Shown: positions 1-13,593 of the stretch, piece after piece
How the letters are laid out: each line of letters begins with the position of its first letter
Numbering within the stretch: the first letter of the stretch is position 1
NCBI GenBank assembly: GCA_965140705.1
Contig: OZ223300.1
Coordinates: 320,001 to 384,000 of the forward strand
Length of the DNA: 64,000 nt
Direction: 5' to 3'
Origin: an uncultured Arcobacter sp.
GTDB lineage: Bacteria; Campylobacterota; Campylobacteria; Campylobacterales; Arcobacteraceae
Notes under the pieces: model-generated
Database searches by the model: none
Seen by the model: the letters and a program-made list of their open reading frames with translations, nothing else
What the model was told of the DNA's origin: nothing
Translations under genes and position numbers: made by a program

Positions 1-59
1 TTTGACGCAGCTTTTTTAGCTATTTTAGAAACTTTTTTTTCTTTTAATACTTTTGACAT
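1..59 (-). CDS. 5' end of a Lys-rich protein of unknown function (MSKVLKEKKVSKIAKKAAS..., runs off the window)
   Basis: ATG at 59 on the minus strand, preceded by an AAGGA SD; frame stays open to the window edge; consensus promoter upstream. Confidence 0.6.
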   Translation of the reverse strand, partial: MSKVLKEKKVSKIAKKAAS

Positions 60-114
60 GTTATTCCTTTTAATTTTATCTATTACTTCTTTATAAAAGT
101 AATATAATATAGAC

Positions 115-143
115 ATTGTATAGAATATTTTTATGTTTGTCAA
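115..143 (-). promoter_or_regulatory. sigma70 promoter TTGACA-N17-TACAAT for the partial gene at 1-59
   Basis: Near-perfect -35/-10 hexamers with a 17-nt spacer on the minus strand. Confidence 0.7.
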
Positions 144-257
144 GTTTTTTACACAAATATTAATAAAAATTTTCTAATTTATGTTTAACCAATTAATAAT
201 ATATTTTTAGATAAAATCTATCGTTTTACTCAAATGAAAGAAAATTAAGGAAAATAA

Positions 258-1366
258 ATGTTATTGACTCCAGGTCCTACTCCAGTACCAGAATTTGTAA
301 GAAAAGCTATGGCTGATATTACTATTCATCATAGAACACCAGAGTTTGAATCTATTTTTGGACAAACTAGAGAATTATTATTAGAATTATACGGAATGGA
401 TGAGGTTGTGATGCTTGCTTCTAGCGGAACAGGTGCAATGGAAGCTTGTATTACAAACTTAGTAAGTAAAAAAGCTCTTACAATTAATTCAGGTAAATTT
501 GGTGAGAGATTTGGGAAAATTTGCAAAGCTTATAATTTACCTTATACTGAAATAAAAAATGAATGGAATACTCCTGTTAGTGTTGAAGAAGTAATGGAAA
601 CATTAAAAAATGACGGTGAGATTGATGCTATATTTATACAAATTTGTGAAAGTGCTGGAGGGCTTAGACATCCAGTAGAAGAACTAGCTAAACAAGTAAA
701 AGAGTTTAATAAAAATATTATGATTGTAGCTGATGGAATTACTGCTATTGGTGTAGAAAAAATTGATACAACAAATCTTGATGCTGTAATTACTGGTAGT
801 CAAAAAGCACTAATGCTTCCTCCTGGTCTTGCTATGATTGGATTAAGTAATGCGGCTGTTGAAAAAATACAAACTTTAGCAAAAGGGTATTATTTTAATT
901 TAGCAACAGAGATAAAAGCACAAAAGACAAATACTACAGCTTGGACAGCAGCAACAACTTTAATCATTGGATTAAAAGAGATTTTAACGCATATAAAAAA
1001 TAATGGTGGATTTGAAGTACTTTATGAAAAAACAGCTTTAAGAGCAAAAGCTACAAGAGAGGCTTTAAAAGCAATTGGTTGTGAAATATATCCAAAAATA
1101 CCAGCTGATGCTATGACAACAGTTTATACAGAAAATGCACCAGCTATTAGAAAACTTTTAAAAACAAAATATAATGTAAATATTGCAGGTGGACAAGATC
1201 ATATTAAAAATTCTATCTTTAGAATCAATCATATGGGGCTTGTAGAAGACTTTGAAGCTGCTTGGGCTGTAAATGCAGTAGAGTTAGCAATGGATGAATT
1301 AGGTCTTAGAGAATTTGATGGGACAGCAAATAAAACATTTGCATTGGTTACTTTTAAAGGTAATGA

Positions 1367-1370
<4 letters not shown>
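258..1370 (+). CDS. Class V PLP aminotransferase (serine-pyruvate/alanine-glyoxylate family)
   Basis: LLTPGPTPVP N-terminus, SGTGAME, GSQKAL PLP-lysine motif, FRINHMG. Confidence 0.9.
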
Positions 1371-3471
<2,101 letters not shown>

Positions 3472-3476
3472 CATTT

Positions 3477-4028
3477 ATGAAAATGAAATTACATCATACA
3501 CCATATATCGCAAGAAGAATATCAAGAGATTTGGTAAATTGTGAATTTGTAGAAGTAAGAAAAACTAAAGAAGAAATCACAAAAGAAGTAGAAAGAATTT
3601 TAGATATAGATATCGAAAAAGAGCATGACTTAGATGAAAAAGTTGATGAGATATTAGCAGAACAAGCTGAAGAAATAGAATTTTTAAATGCTGATTATAG
3701 ACAACTTTTTTGGATGACTAAAAAAAGACTTGCAAATGAGTTTGGAGTAATATTAAATAATGATGATAGATTTTCAGATATTTCTCATCAATTATTAGAT
3801 TTTCTTTGGGAAGAGGATTATATTCATTATACTGTTTCAGACAATAAAGTTAAAAATATAATTTTTGATTCTATTAGTCAATTCTTAGAAGGTTTTGAAA
3901 AAGCCGATGATGCAGTATTTGAAAAAATTAAAAACTATAAAAGAAAATTGATACAAGGTACAGACGAATATGACATTGTTTATCATAGATTATATGAAGA
4001 AGAGTTAATAAAAAGAGGGTTAATGTAA
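3477..4028 (+). CDS. DUF507 family protein
   Basis: Acidic 183-aa protein ending YEEELIKRG; conserved position before carA in Campylobacterota. Confidence 0.75.
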   Translation: MKMKLHHTPYIARRISRDLVNCEFVEVRKTKEEITKEVERILDIDIEKEHDLDEKVDEILAEQAEEIEFLNADYRQLFWMTKKRLANEFGVILNNDDRFSDISHQLLDFLWEEDYIHYTVSDNKVKNIIFDSISQFLEGFEKADDAVFEKIKNYKRKLIQGTDEYDIVYHRLYEEELIKRGLM

Positions 4029-4029
4029 T

Positions 4030-5148
4030 ATGCAAAAAGTATGGATATATTTAGAAAATGGGACATTTCTAGAAGCAAATTCTTTTGGTGCAAAAGGTAC
4101 AACAGTGGGAGAGATTGTATTTAATACATCTTTAACTGGGTATCAAGAAATAATCACAGATCCAAGTTATGCTGGACAATTTGTTACTTTTACTATGCCA
4201 GAAATTGGAAATGTAGGGGTAAATAAAGATGATATGGAAAGTAGTACAGCCTTTTGCAAAGGTATTATAGTTAGAAATTATCATCATGAATACTCTAATT
4301 ATAGAGGTGAAACTGATTTATGCTCTTTATTAAAAGAACACAACGTTTTAGGTATAAAAGATATTGATACTAGATATTTAACTAAAATGATTAGAGATGA
4401 AGGTGCAATGATGATGATTGCATCTACAGAAATTTCAAATAAAGAAGAATTAGCTAAACAATTAGCTGCAAGTCCTAGAATTGAAGATATTAATTATATA
4501 GAAGAAGTTAGTACAAAAGAGCCATATATACATAAAAATGGAGCTTGGAATCATCAAATTCTTTCTTACAATAAAGCTGTAATGAGTGATAAAAAAATAG
4601 TTGTTATAGATTTTGGTGTAAAAAGAAATATCTTAAATGAGTTAGTTGAATCAGGACTTGAAGTTGAAGTTGTTCCTTCATCATTTAAAGCTGATGAATT
4701 AATAGCTAGATATGAAGCAAAAGAAATTGGTGGGGTGTTTTTATCAAATGGTCCAGGGGATCCTCTTACTTTAGTAAAAGAGAAAGAAGAAGTTCAAAAA
4801 TTAATTGCTACAGATATTCCTATTATTGCAATTTGTTTAGGACACCAAATGCTTTCTATTGCACATGGTTTTGATACATATAAATTAAAATTTGGACAAC
4901 ATGGTGGTAACCATCCTGTAGCAAATAATGGAGTAGTTGAAATAACTGCACAAAATCATAATTATAGTGTTCCTGATGATATTATAAAAATTGCAGAAGT
5001 AACTCATAAAAATCTATTTGATGATACAATTGAAGGTGTAAGATATATCAATAAGAATATTTATTCAGTTCAACACCATCCAGAAGCTAGTCCTGGTCCT
5101 CATGACTCAAAATATATCTTTAAGCAATTTGCAGAGATGATAAAGTAA
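4030..5148 (+). CDS. carA: Carbamoyl-phosphate synthase small subunit
   Basis: GEIVFNTSLTGYQE, SNGPGDP, ICLGHQ, QHHPEASPGP motifs. Confidence 0.98.
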   Translation: MQKVWIYLENGTFLEANSFGAKGTTVGEIVFNTSLTGYQEIITDPSYAGQFVTFTMPEIGNVGVNKDDMESSTAFCKGIIVRNYHHEYSNYRGETDLCSLLKEHNVLGIKDIDTRYLTKMIRDEGAMMMIASTEISNKEELAKQLAASPRIEDINYIEEVSTKEPYIHKNGAWNHQILSYNKAVMSDKKIVVIDFGVKRNILNELVESGLEVEVVPSSFKADELIARYEAKEIGGVFLSNGPGDPLTLVKEKEEVQKLIATDIPIIAICLGHQMLSIAHGFDTYKLKFGQHGGNHPVANNGVVEITAQNHNYSVPDDIIKIAEVTHKNLFDDTIEGVRYINKNIYSVQHHPEASPGPHDSKYIFKQFAEMIK

Positions 5149-5212
5149 ATTTTATTCTTCACTTTTGTGAAGAATAAAAGCAATAAAATGAACTGTATAT
5201 TGAAGGAATAAA

Positions 5213-5704
5213 ATGAAAACTCTAGAAAATAATACAGATGATACTAACAAAAAAGAAATTGATGCAATGAAAATGTTACTTAAACTAAGTAACAAAATTC
5301 CATTTTTCTCTATTTTAAGCAAAGATGAAATTGAAGAAATAATCACAGAAGTAAAAATTATAACATACAAAAATAAAGAGATTATATTTCAAGAGGGGGA
5401 GACTACTAGAAATTATATATATTATTTATTAAAAGGTAAACTTTACATAAATAGAAAAAAGCAAATAGATGCAAGGTCAAGTGTTAGAATTGCCACTATT
5501 GATAAACCAGCGCTATTTGGTGAGATGATGAGACTTACAGGAGAACCTAGAAGTGCTACTGTTGAGTCAAGAGAGTCTAATACAATAGTTTTAGCCTTTA
5601 GAATTAAAGACTTCAAAGAACAAACTAGTATTTCGAAATTTTATAAAAATGTTATTATGGAATTATCTGCAAAAATTGTACAGATGAACAAAAAACACTA
5701 TTAA
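5213..5704 (+). CDS. Stand-alone cyclic-nucleotide-binding domain protein
   Basis: IFQEGE, FGEM...PRSATV CNB motifs; no C-terminal HTH. Confidence 0.8.
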   Translation: MKTLENNTDDTNKKEIDAMKMLLKLSNKIPFFSILSKDEIEEIITEVKIITYKNKEIIFQEGETTRNYIYYLLKGKLYINRKKQIDARSSVRIATIDKPALFGEMMRLTGEPRSATVESRESNTIVLAFRIKDFKEQTSISKFYKNVIMELSAKIVQMNKKHY

Positions 5705-6175
5705 TTAAAGTACAAATTTTAATAATAATTGATATACAAAAGCAGAAGCAATACCAGCTGCAAGTCCTGCAACTAAATCATCACCCATAACTCCCCAACC
5801 ACCTTTTACATCCCTATCAATTCTACCAATAATTGATGGTTTCCAAATGTCAAAAAGTCTAAAGAACAAAAATGCTAAGGGTGCAAGATAAAACATATTT
5901 TCATTTGTAATACCACAAATTGAAAGTGCAAGCCACATTCCAGCTAATTCGTCTATGACAATCTCTTTTCCATCATGTATACCAACTTCTTCTTCATAGA
6001 TATTGATTTGTTTAATAGCAATTGCTGAAATTAAAAGAGAGAGTAAAAAAAGTGTTGATACATGGATATATTGTAGAAGAAATAGACCCAAAATCAGTGC
6101 AACAAAACTACCAACAGTACCTGGAGCTTTAGGAGATAGTCCACTATAAAAAAGAGTTAAAAAAGCTTTTCTCAT
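5705..6175 (-). CDS. pgpA: Phosphatidylglycerophosphatase A
   Basis: PKAPGTVGS, IVIDELAG, FRLFDIWKP, GVMGDD motifs. Confidence 0.95.
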   Translation of the reverse strand: MRKAFLTLFYSGLSPKAPGTVGSFVALILGLFLLQYIHVSTLFLLSLLISAIAIKQINIYEEEVGIHDGKEIVIDELAGMWLALSICGITNENMFYLAPLAFLFFRLFDIWKPSIIGRIDRDVKGGWGVMGDDLVAGLAAGIASAFVYQLLLKFVL

Positions 6176-7059
6176 TATTTTTTCTTCTCAATTCCCAATT
6201 TTTTTCTTTTTTCCCAAAGTGATTTTCTAGAAATACCAAGTTTTTTAGATAACTCAGTATCAGGATATTTTGATTGAAAAGATATAACCATCATCTTAAC
6301 ATAGTCATTTATTGTCATAATATTATTATTTAGCATAAACATATCAGGTCTCATAAATTCAATTTTTGGGAATGGAAAATCAACTTCTTTTTCTAAAGAG
6401 CTAATAATACAATTCTTATGCTCTATTGCAATACAAACATTATCCTTAGCACTTTTCTTTAAGGTATGATAATCAGTTAAGTAAACTACTTCTTTATTGG
6501 TAATTGTTGATAATTCTTTTTGCCAAGTTGGACTATCAAGGGCTATAAATCTAATTGGTAATTTTAAAGATTTTGATATTTCAAAAGCCAATTTATCAGT
6601 ACATCTTTGAGAATTTGTTTCCACAAGCATTGGAAGAGAGTGAGAGATATTAACACCAGTTGTATCTATCTCTTCAAGAAGAAATTCAACATATGTTTTA
6701 AGAGTAGATAACTCCTGTTTCATCTGTCTACACTCTTTATAGTGATAAATTTTTCTAATTAATTCATCCATAATAAATGGCTTCATAATATAATCTTTTG
6801 CTCCCTCATTAATTGGCTCAGTAACAGTTTCATCACTAATATAAGAAACAAGCAAGATTATAATAGAGTTTTTATATTTTTGAATAGTTTTTTTTACCAT
6901 TTCACTAGGGAGCGAAGTTGATAATAAAACCATATCGTAATCTTTGGTTAAATTATTATTTGGCATTTCAACAAAATCACAAGAATGACCATCATCAAGT
7001 ATTCTTGAAACAACTTTTTGTGCTAGATAAATTTCATTTTCTATTATTAATATATTCAT
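6175..7059 (-). CDS. Atypical response regulator (HP1021/Cj1608/CemR type)
   Basis: Receiver fold with Ser at the usual phospho-Asp position (VLLSTSLP); C-terminal Fis-like HTH (LGISRKSLWEK); directly downstream of ispDF. Confidence 0.8.
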   Translation of the reverse strand: MNILIIENEIYLAQKVVSRILDDGHSCDFVEMPNNNLTKDYDMVLLSTSLPSEMVKKTIQKYKNSIIILLVSYISDETVTEPINEGAKDYIMKPFIMDELIRKIYHYKECRQMKQELSTLKTYVEFLLEEIDTTGVNISHSLPMLVETNSQRCTDKLAFEISKSLKLPIRFIALDSPTWQKELSTITNKEVVYLTDYHTLKKSAKDNVCIAIEHKNCIISSLEKEVDFPFPKIEFMRPDMFMLNNNIMTINDYVKMMVISFQSKYPDTELSKKLGISRKSLWEKRKKLGIEKKK

Positions 7060-8183
7060 TTATTTTTCCAATCAAAATATTTCAATGTTGCAACACTATG
7101 AACTGTAACACCTTCACTTCTTCCTACAAACCCAAGTTTTTCTGCAGTTGTTGCTTTCACATTAACATATTGCATCTGAATATTCAAAAGTTGTGCCATA
7201 GATTTCTTAATTTTAAATTTAAAAGGGTTTATTTTAGGTTTTTGTGCAAGGATTGTAAAATCTACATTTACTATTTCATATCCAACATCATAAATAAATT
7301 TTACTATTTTTTGAAGTAAGATTTTTGAGTCTATATTTTTATATTCATCCTCAGTATCTGGGAAAAACTCTCCAATATCACCTGCCCCACAAGCTCCTAG
7401 AAGTGCATCAATTACTGAATGAATTAATACATCACCATCACTGTGAGCTTTAAATCCTACATTACTGTCAATTTTAACTCCACCAAGTACCATTTGTTTA
7501 TTCTCTTCAAAGGCATGAATATCTATTCCAAATCCAGTAAAGAAATTATTTGAAGGTCCTTCAAGACAAGGGTTTGATTTAAGATCTTCTTGAAAAGTTA
7601 GTTTATTGCTTTTTATACTTCCATTTATATAATAAATAGATTCATTGATATTTTTTATGGCAGAACTATCGTCTGTAAAAAAAGTATCAGTATCAAGCGC
7701 TTTTTTTAAAATTTCTGTTTTTGAAAGTTGGGGAGTTTGTATGAGTTTGACTTCATCCCTATTGATTGTCTCATTTTTAAATACAACAGTATCTGATACA
7801 TTTAAAGCAGGAACAATACATGAAGCTTTTTCTTTGTTTGAAATTAGATCTAAAATAACATTTTCAGGTACACATGCTCTAGCCACATCAGTAACCATTA
7901 CATACTCAGAATCAATTGTTCTTAGAGCATTTGACATGGAATCTTGTCTAGTTTCTCCACCCAAAATAAAATCATATTCATCTGAAAAATTTTTCATGTA
8001 AGATAATTCATCTTTTGAAGATGTAATAACTACTTTGTCAAAATTATAATAAGAAGTAATTTTTTTAGTAACAAATAACCATAGTGGAATATCTCCTACT
8101 CTTAACCACTGTTTCTTACTACTAAGCCCAAATCTAGTAGAATTCCCAGCACATAATACCAATAAAGTAACTTTAGACAACAA
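7056..8183 (-). CDS. ispDF: Bifunctional IspD/IspF (MEP pathway)
   Basis: AGNSTRF..KKQW and IQTPQ (IspD); GIDIH, AHSDGDV, KATTAEKLG (IspF); TTG start. Confidence 0.95.
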   Translation of the reverse strand: MLSKVTLLVLCAGNSTRFGLSSKKQWLRVGDIPLWLFVTKKITSYYNFDKVVITSSKDELSYMKNFSDEYDFILGGETRQDSMSNALRTIDSEYVMVTDVARACVPENVILDLISNKEKASCIVPALNVSDTVVFKNETINRDEVKLIQTPQLSKTEILKKALDTDTFFTDDSSAIKNINESIYYINGSIKSNKLTFQEDLKSNPCLEGPSNNFFTGFGIDIHAFEENKQMVLGGVKIDSNVGFKAHSDGDVLIHSVIDALLGACGAGDIGEFFPDTEDEYKNIDSKILLQKIVKFIYDVGYEIVNVDFTILAQKPKINPFKFKIKKSMAQLLNIQMQYVNVKATTAEKLGFVGRSEGVTVHSVATLKYFDWKNK

Positions 8184-8269
8184 TACCCCTTGTGTAAAAA
8201 AGTTACAAATTATAACTAATGTTACTTATGAAAAATTTAAGTTAGAAAATTAGTTAATTTTAATTAAAA

Positions 8270-9091
8270 TTATTGGTCATTAATCTTTTCTTTGATTTTA
8301 TCAATAGCATTTACTAAAGGTTCAATTTCAAAGTTATATTTTGTTGCTAATTCTAAAGCTCTTTCAACTTGTTCATCACCCAATGGATTTCGTATATCTG
8401 TTAAAATTTTTACTATTTCAAGTATTTTTACTTTTCGTTGATATTCTTCTGGGCATTGTTGTATATTACCTACAAATCCAATAGTAAAAATAAGATTATG
8501 ACTTAAGTTCCAGTGCTTGAAAATATTTGCAGTAATTCTAGAACATGAAAAACCAGTGAAAGCCTCTTCAATACTAGATAAGCTTCCTTCTGCTGTTTTT
8601 AAAGCTTCTTGAAACTCTTCTGTTTTATTTTGTTCTTGAATTATTTCAGAGATAATGAATTTACCAGTTTCTTGCAAAAATGCTGGTAACAATAAATCTT
8701 CTTTAAGTCCGAAGTCAATTTCACCTACCCAATTATTGATAATATTTGATGCTAAGTTTGATGCCATCAAGAAATCATCAGTTGATATATTATAGGCATT
8801 TAAATTTGATTTTATTAAATCTTGAACAACTGAACCTAAAGCAATAGAAATAGTAAAATTTATTCCAAGTAAATTTACAGCTCGGCTTGGAGTCTCCACT
8901 TCACTTCTAAATCCAAACATTGCAGAGTTGGCAACTCTTAGAAGAGTTGTAATAATAAGTGGATCTTGTTCAATAATCTTTAAAAGTTCGGCAGGTTCTT
9001 TTTCTGGTCGTCTTCTAAAGTTTTCTAACTCGATAACACTATTTGGTAAAGGTGGTAACGATTCTATTTTTTCTATAATATCATTTTTCAT
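8270..9091 (-). CDS. HDOD domain protein
   Basis: LPPLP, DP...LLRVANSAMFG, AVNLLG HDOD signatures. Confidence 0.9.
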   Translation of the reverse strand: MKNDIIEKIESLPPLPNSVIELENFRRRPEKEPAELLKIIEQDPLIITTLLRVANSAMFGFRSEVETPSRAVNLLGINFTISIALGSVVQDLIKSNLNAYNISTDDFLMASNLASNIINNWVGEIDFGLKEDLLLPAFLQETGKFIISEIIQEQNKTEEFQEALKTAEGSLSSIEEAFTGFSCSRITANIFKHWNLSHNLIFTIGFVGNIQQCPEEYQRKVKILEIVKILTDIRNPLGDEQVERALELATKYNFEIEPLVNAIDKIKEKINDQ

Positions 9092-9485
9092 TTATTTCCC
9101 TATTGTTCATAAAATAATAGATTATTTTTACTTATTATTGACTTATCTACATTTTTTACACATGTTATGCCCTACTATAGCTAGTCAAAATACAAATTAC
9201 ATATGAACATTTTTAATATTTTCAAATGGCAAATTTAATAATTACATTAATAATGATGTTAATATAATTTTTATTATTAAATATTATACCAATATTTTTT
9301 TAATTATATAGTATATCAAATTATCTTCTTTTTAGAAGGTGTGTATTTATATAGATATTTTAATACATATTTTTGACTATTTTACGTAAAGTGCTTATAA
9401 AATCTACTCAAATATTGAAAAATAACATTTAGAATATTAATAAAACAAAATTAATTTAATAGATTAAGTTTTTATAAACTTAACT

Positions 9486-9494
9486 TGATATAAT
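9486..9494 (+). promoter_or_regulatory. Extended -10 promoter (TGnTATAAT) of thiC
   Basis: TGATATAAT ending 28 nt before the thiC ATG. Confidence 0.6.
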
Positions 9495-9513
9495 CAGGGA
9501 AAAATTTAGATAG

Positions 9514-10872
<1,359 letters not shown>

Positions 10873-10881
10873 ATACATTTT

Positions 10882-11094
10882 ATGAAAGTAAAAGTACTTA
10901 GACCTTGTCATTGTATAAAAAGATTTAAGTTTGATGAACTCTTTGAATATGAAGACAAAGAAAAAGCTTTTAAAAAAGCAGAAGAGATAGTTGAAACTAT
11001 GGCAACAAAGAGTTGCCATACCCATGAATTTTTGATTATTGAAAAAGATGATGTTTTTGAAATATCTAGCAAAATTAATTATAAATCATGGTAA
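10882..11094 (+). CDS. Small hypothetical protein with CxC and CxxH motifs
   Basis: 70-aa ORF 9 nt after thiC; RPCHC...SCHTH. Confidence 0.7.
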   Translation: MKVKVLRPCHCIKRFKFDELFEYEDKEKAFKKAEEIVETMATKSCHTHEFLIIEKDDVFEISSKINYKSW

Positions 11095-11181
11095 AATAAT
11101 TATGATTTATAATTAAGATAAAAATTATCCTATTTTCTCTATAATGCGAAAAAATTGAATAATAAGTTTAAGGAAGTATTG

Positions 11182-12297
11182 ATGGCAAATGTAGCTGAAA
11201 TAAAAAAAGAATTAGAAAAAGTAATTTATCCAGGTTTTACAAAATCAATTGTTGAGTTTGGATTTTTGAAAAATGTTGAAGTAAATGGTGACGCTGTAAG
11301 TATACTTGTAGAAATAACTTCAAGTGTTCAAGAAGTAGAACATGAATTAAGAACTAATATTAAAAAAGTATTAGAAAATATTGGTGTTACAAATTTAGAT
11401 TTACAAGTGAAAAAACCAGAAACTCCTAAACAAACAAGTAATAGTGTGAGTGGAAAAAATATTGCACCACAAATTAAAAACTTTGTAATGGTATCTTCAG
11501 GAAAAGGTGGAGTTGGAAAATCAACTACAACTGTTAACTTAGCAGTAGCTGCTGCGATGCAAGGTAAAAGAGTTGGTATTTTAGATGCTGATATTTATGG
11601 ACCAAATATTCCACGAATGTTCGGATTACAAGGTAAAGAAGTTGAAGTAATAGGGAATAAAGCAAAACCATTCCATGCATATGGTGTTGACGTTATGTCT
11701 ATGGGATCACTTATGGAAGAGGGACAAGCTCTTATTTGGAGAGGTGCTATGATTATGAAAGCAATCCAACAACTTCTAAGAGATATTTTATGGGAAGAGT
11801 TAGATATATTATTTATTGATATGCCTCCTGGAACTGGTGATGCACAATTAACATTGGCTCAAAGTGTTCCTGTAACTTGTGGTGTAAATGTTACAACTCC
11901 TCAACATGTAGCACTTGATGATTCAAGAAGAAGTTTAGATATGTTTAAAAAACTTCATATTCCAGTTGGTGGAATTGTTGAAAATATGAGTGGATTTATT
12001 TGTCCTACATGTAATACAGAATCTGATATTTTTGGTATGGGTACTTGTGAAGCTTTAGCTAAAGAGTATGAAACAACTGTTTTAGGAAATCTTCCAATTG
12101 AACCTGCTATTAGAGAAGGTGGAGATAATGGTAAACCAATTGTTTATTTCCATCCTGAATCAATTTCTGCAAAAAGATATATGAAAGCAGCTGAAACTTT
12201 AATTGAATTTATTGATAATGTAAGTGATAAAGCTGAAAATGCTTCTATTCAACCAACTACACCTCCTGGTGTATCTGCTTGTTCAACAGCAAAATAA
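11182..12297 (+). CDS. mrp: Mrp/ApbC Fe-S cluster carrier ATPase
   Basis: GKGGVGKST, DMPPGTGD, ENMS..CPTC; start moved to ATG 11182 after an AAGGAAG SD. Confidence 0.95.
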   Translation: MANVAEIKKELEKVIYPGFTKSIVEFGFLKNVEVNGDAVSILVEITSSVQEVEHELRTNIKKVLENIGVTNLDLQVKKPETPKQTSNSVSGKNIAPQIKNFVMVSSGKGGVGKSTTTVNLAVAAAMQGKRVGILDADIYGPNIPRMFGLQGKEVEVIGNKAKPFHAYGVDVMSMGSLMEEGQALIWRGAMIMKAIQQLLRDILWEELDILFIDMPPGTGDAQLTLAQSVPVTCGVNVTTPQHVALDDSRRSLDMFKKLHIPVGGIVENMSGFICPTCNTESDIFGMGTCEALAKEYETTVLGNLPIEPAIREGGDNGKPIVYFHPESISAKRYMKAAETLIEFIDNVSDKAENASIQPTTPPGVSACSTAK

Positions 12298-12305
12298 TTA
12301 TTAAA

Positions 12306-12334
12306 AATATTTAGAGGTTTGACCTCTAAATATT
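12306..12334 (+). terminator. Hairpin after mrp
   Basis: Perfect 13-bp inverted repeat AATATTTAGAGGT-ttg-ACCTCTAAATATT. Confidence 0.7.
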
Positions 12335-12441
12335 CTTCTCAAAATTACCTATTTTATACCATCATAATAAAAAATTAATTAACTTATATCAAATGATTAT
12401 AAATCCTTAGATATAATAAACAAAAAATTATTAGGCTTATT

Positions 12442-13593
12442 ATGAAAAAACACTTAGAAACAAAACTTTCTCATCTACAAGATTTTGCCACAATCCAAGA
12501 TCAGTATGGTGCTTCGCACTTTCCTATATACAATACAGGAACTTTTGATTTAAAAAAACAAGATGGTGAGAAGATATATGATTATACAAGAAGTGATAAT
12601 CCTACAAGAGAAGCTTTAGAAAATCTTTTTACAGAAGTGGAAAATGGAGCAGGATGTGTGTGTACACATACCGGAATCGGAGCAGTATCACTTTTATTTG
12701 AAACAGTTTTAAAAGCAAACTCTCAAGTTCTAGTAGAGTCTGATTGTTATGGAGGAACTTTTAGATTATTAAAGGTTTTTCAAGGTAAATATAATATTAA
12801 AGTGCATTTTGCTGATTTCCTAAGTGAAGCAGAATTGGAAAAAATTCTAAAAAATAATAAAATTGATTTAGTTTTATGTGAATCACCAACAAATCCTGGT
12901 CTTAAAATAATTGATATAGGTATGGTATCTGTTTTAGCAAAAAAATATAATGCGCTTTTTGCCCTTGATAATTCACTAGCAACTTTTATTTCTCAACGAC
13001 CACTTGATATGGGTGCTGATTTTTCACTTTTTTCTACGACTAAATATATCTCAGGACATGGAAGTGTAGTGGCTGGTGCAATTGTTGCAAAAACAAAAGA
13101 ATTGGCTGATGAACTTCACTATTATGCAAATGCCCATGGAAGAAGTCAAAACCCAATGGATGTATTTTTAATAAGCTTAGGAATACCAACCCTTAAAATA
13201 AGAATGAAAGAACATCAAAAAAGTTCTATAATGATTGCTGAATATCTAGAAAAACAAAGTTTTATAAAAGCTGTTATGCATCCAGCTTTAAAATCTCACC
13301 CTCAACATAAATTAGCAACGTATCAAATGGATTATATTCCGGGTGTTTTTTGTGCAGAGTTTATAAATAAGGATTTTGCAGAGAAGTTTATTGAAAATAC
13401 AAAAATTTTTGGAGAAAAATGTTCTTTTGGAAGCCCTGATTCTAGAGTAGAAATTCCTGCAAAAATTTCACATGCTTCATTTTCAAAAGAGGAATTAGCT
13501 GCCATTGGAATAAGTGATGGTACAGTTAGATTCTCTATTGGATTAGAAAATGTTGAAGATTTAATAAAAGATATTGAACAAGCCTTAAAATAG
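12442..13593 (+). CDS. Cys/Met metabolism PLP enzyme (cystathionine gamma-synthase/beta-lyase family)
   Basis: YTRSDNPT, ESPTNP, STTKYISGH, VRFSIGLE motifs. Confidence 0.9.
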   Translation: MKKHLETKLSHLQDFATIQDQYGASHFPIYNTGTFDLKKQDGEKIYDYTRSDNPTREALENLFTEVENGAGCVCTHTGIGAVSLLFETVLKANSQVLVESDCYGGTFRLLKVFQGKYNIKVHFADFLSEAELEKILKNNKIDLVLCESPTNPGLKIIDIGMVSVLAKKYNALFALDNSLATFISQRPLDMGADFSLFSTTKYISGHGSVVAGAIVAKTKELADELHYYANAHGRSQNPMDVFLISLGIPTLKIRMKEHQKSSIMIAEYLEKQSFIKAVMHPALKSHPQHKLATYQMDYIPGVFCAEFINKDFAEKFIENTKIFGEKCSFGSPDSRVEIPAKISHASFSKEELAAIGISDGTVRFSIGLENVEDLIKDIEQALK

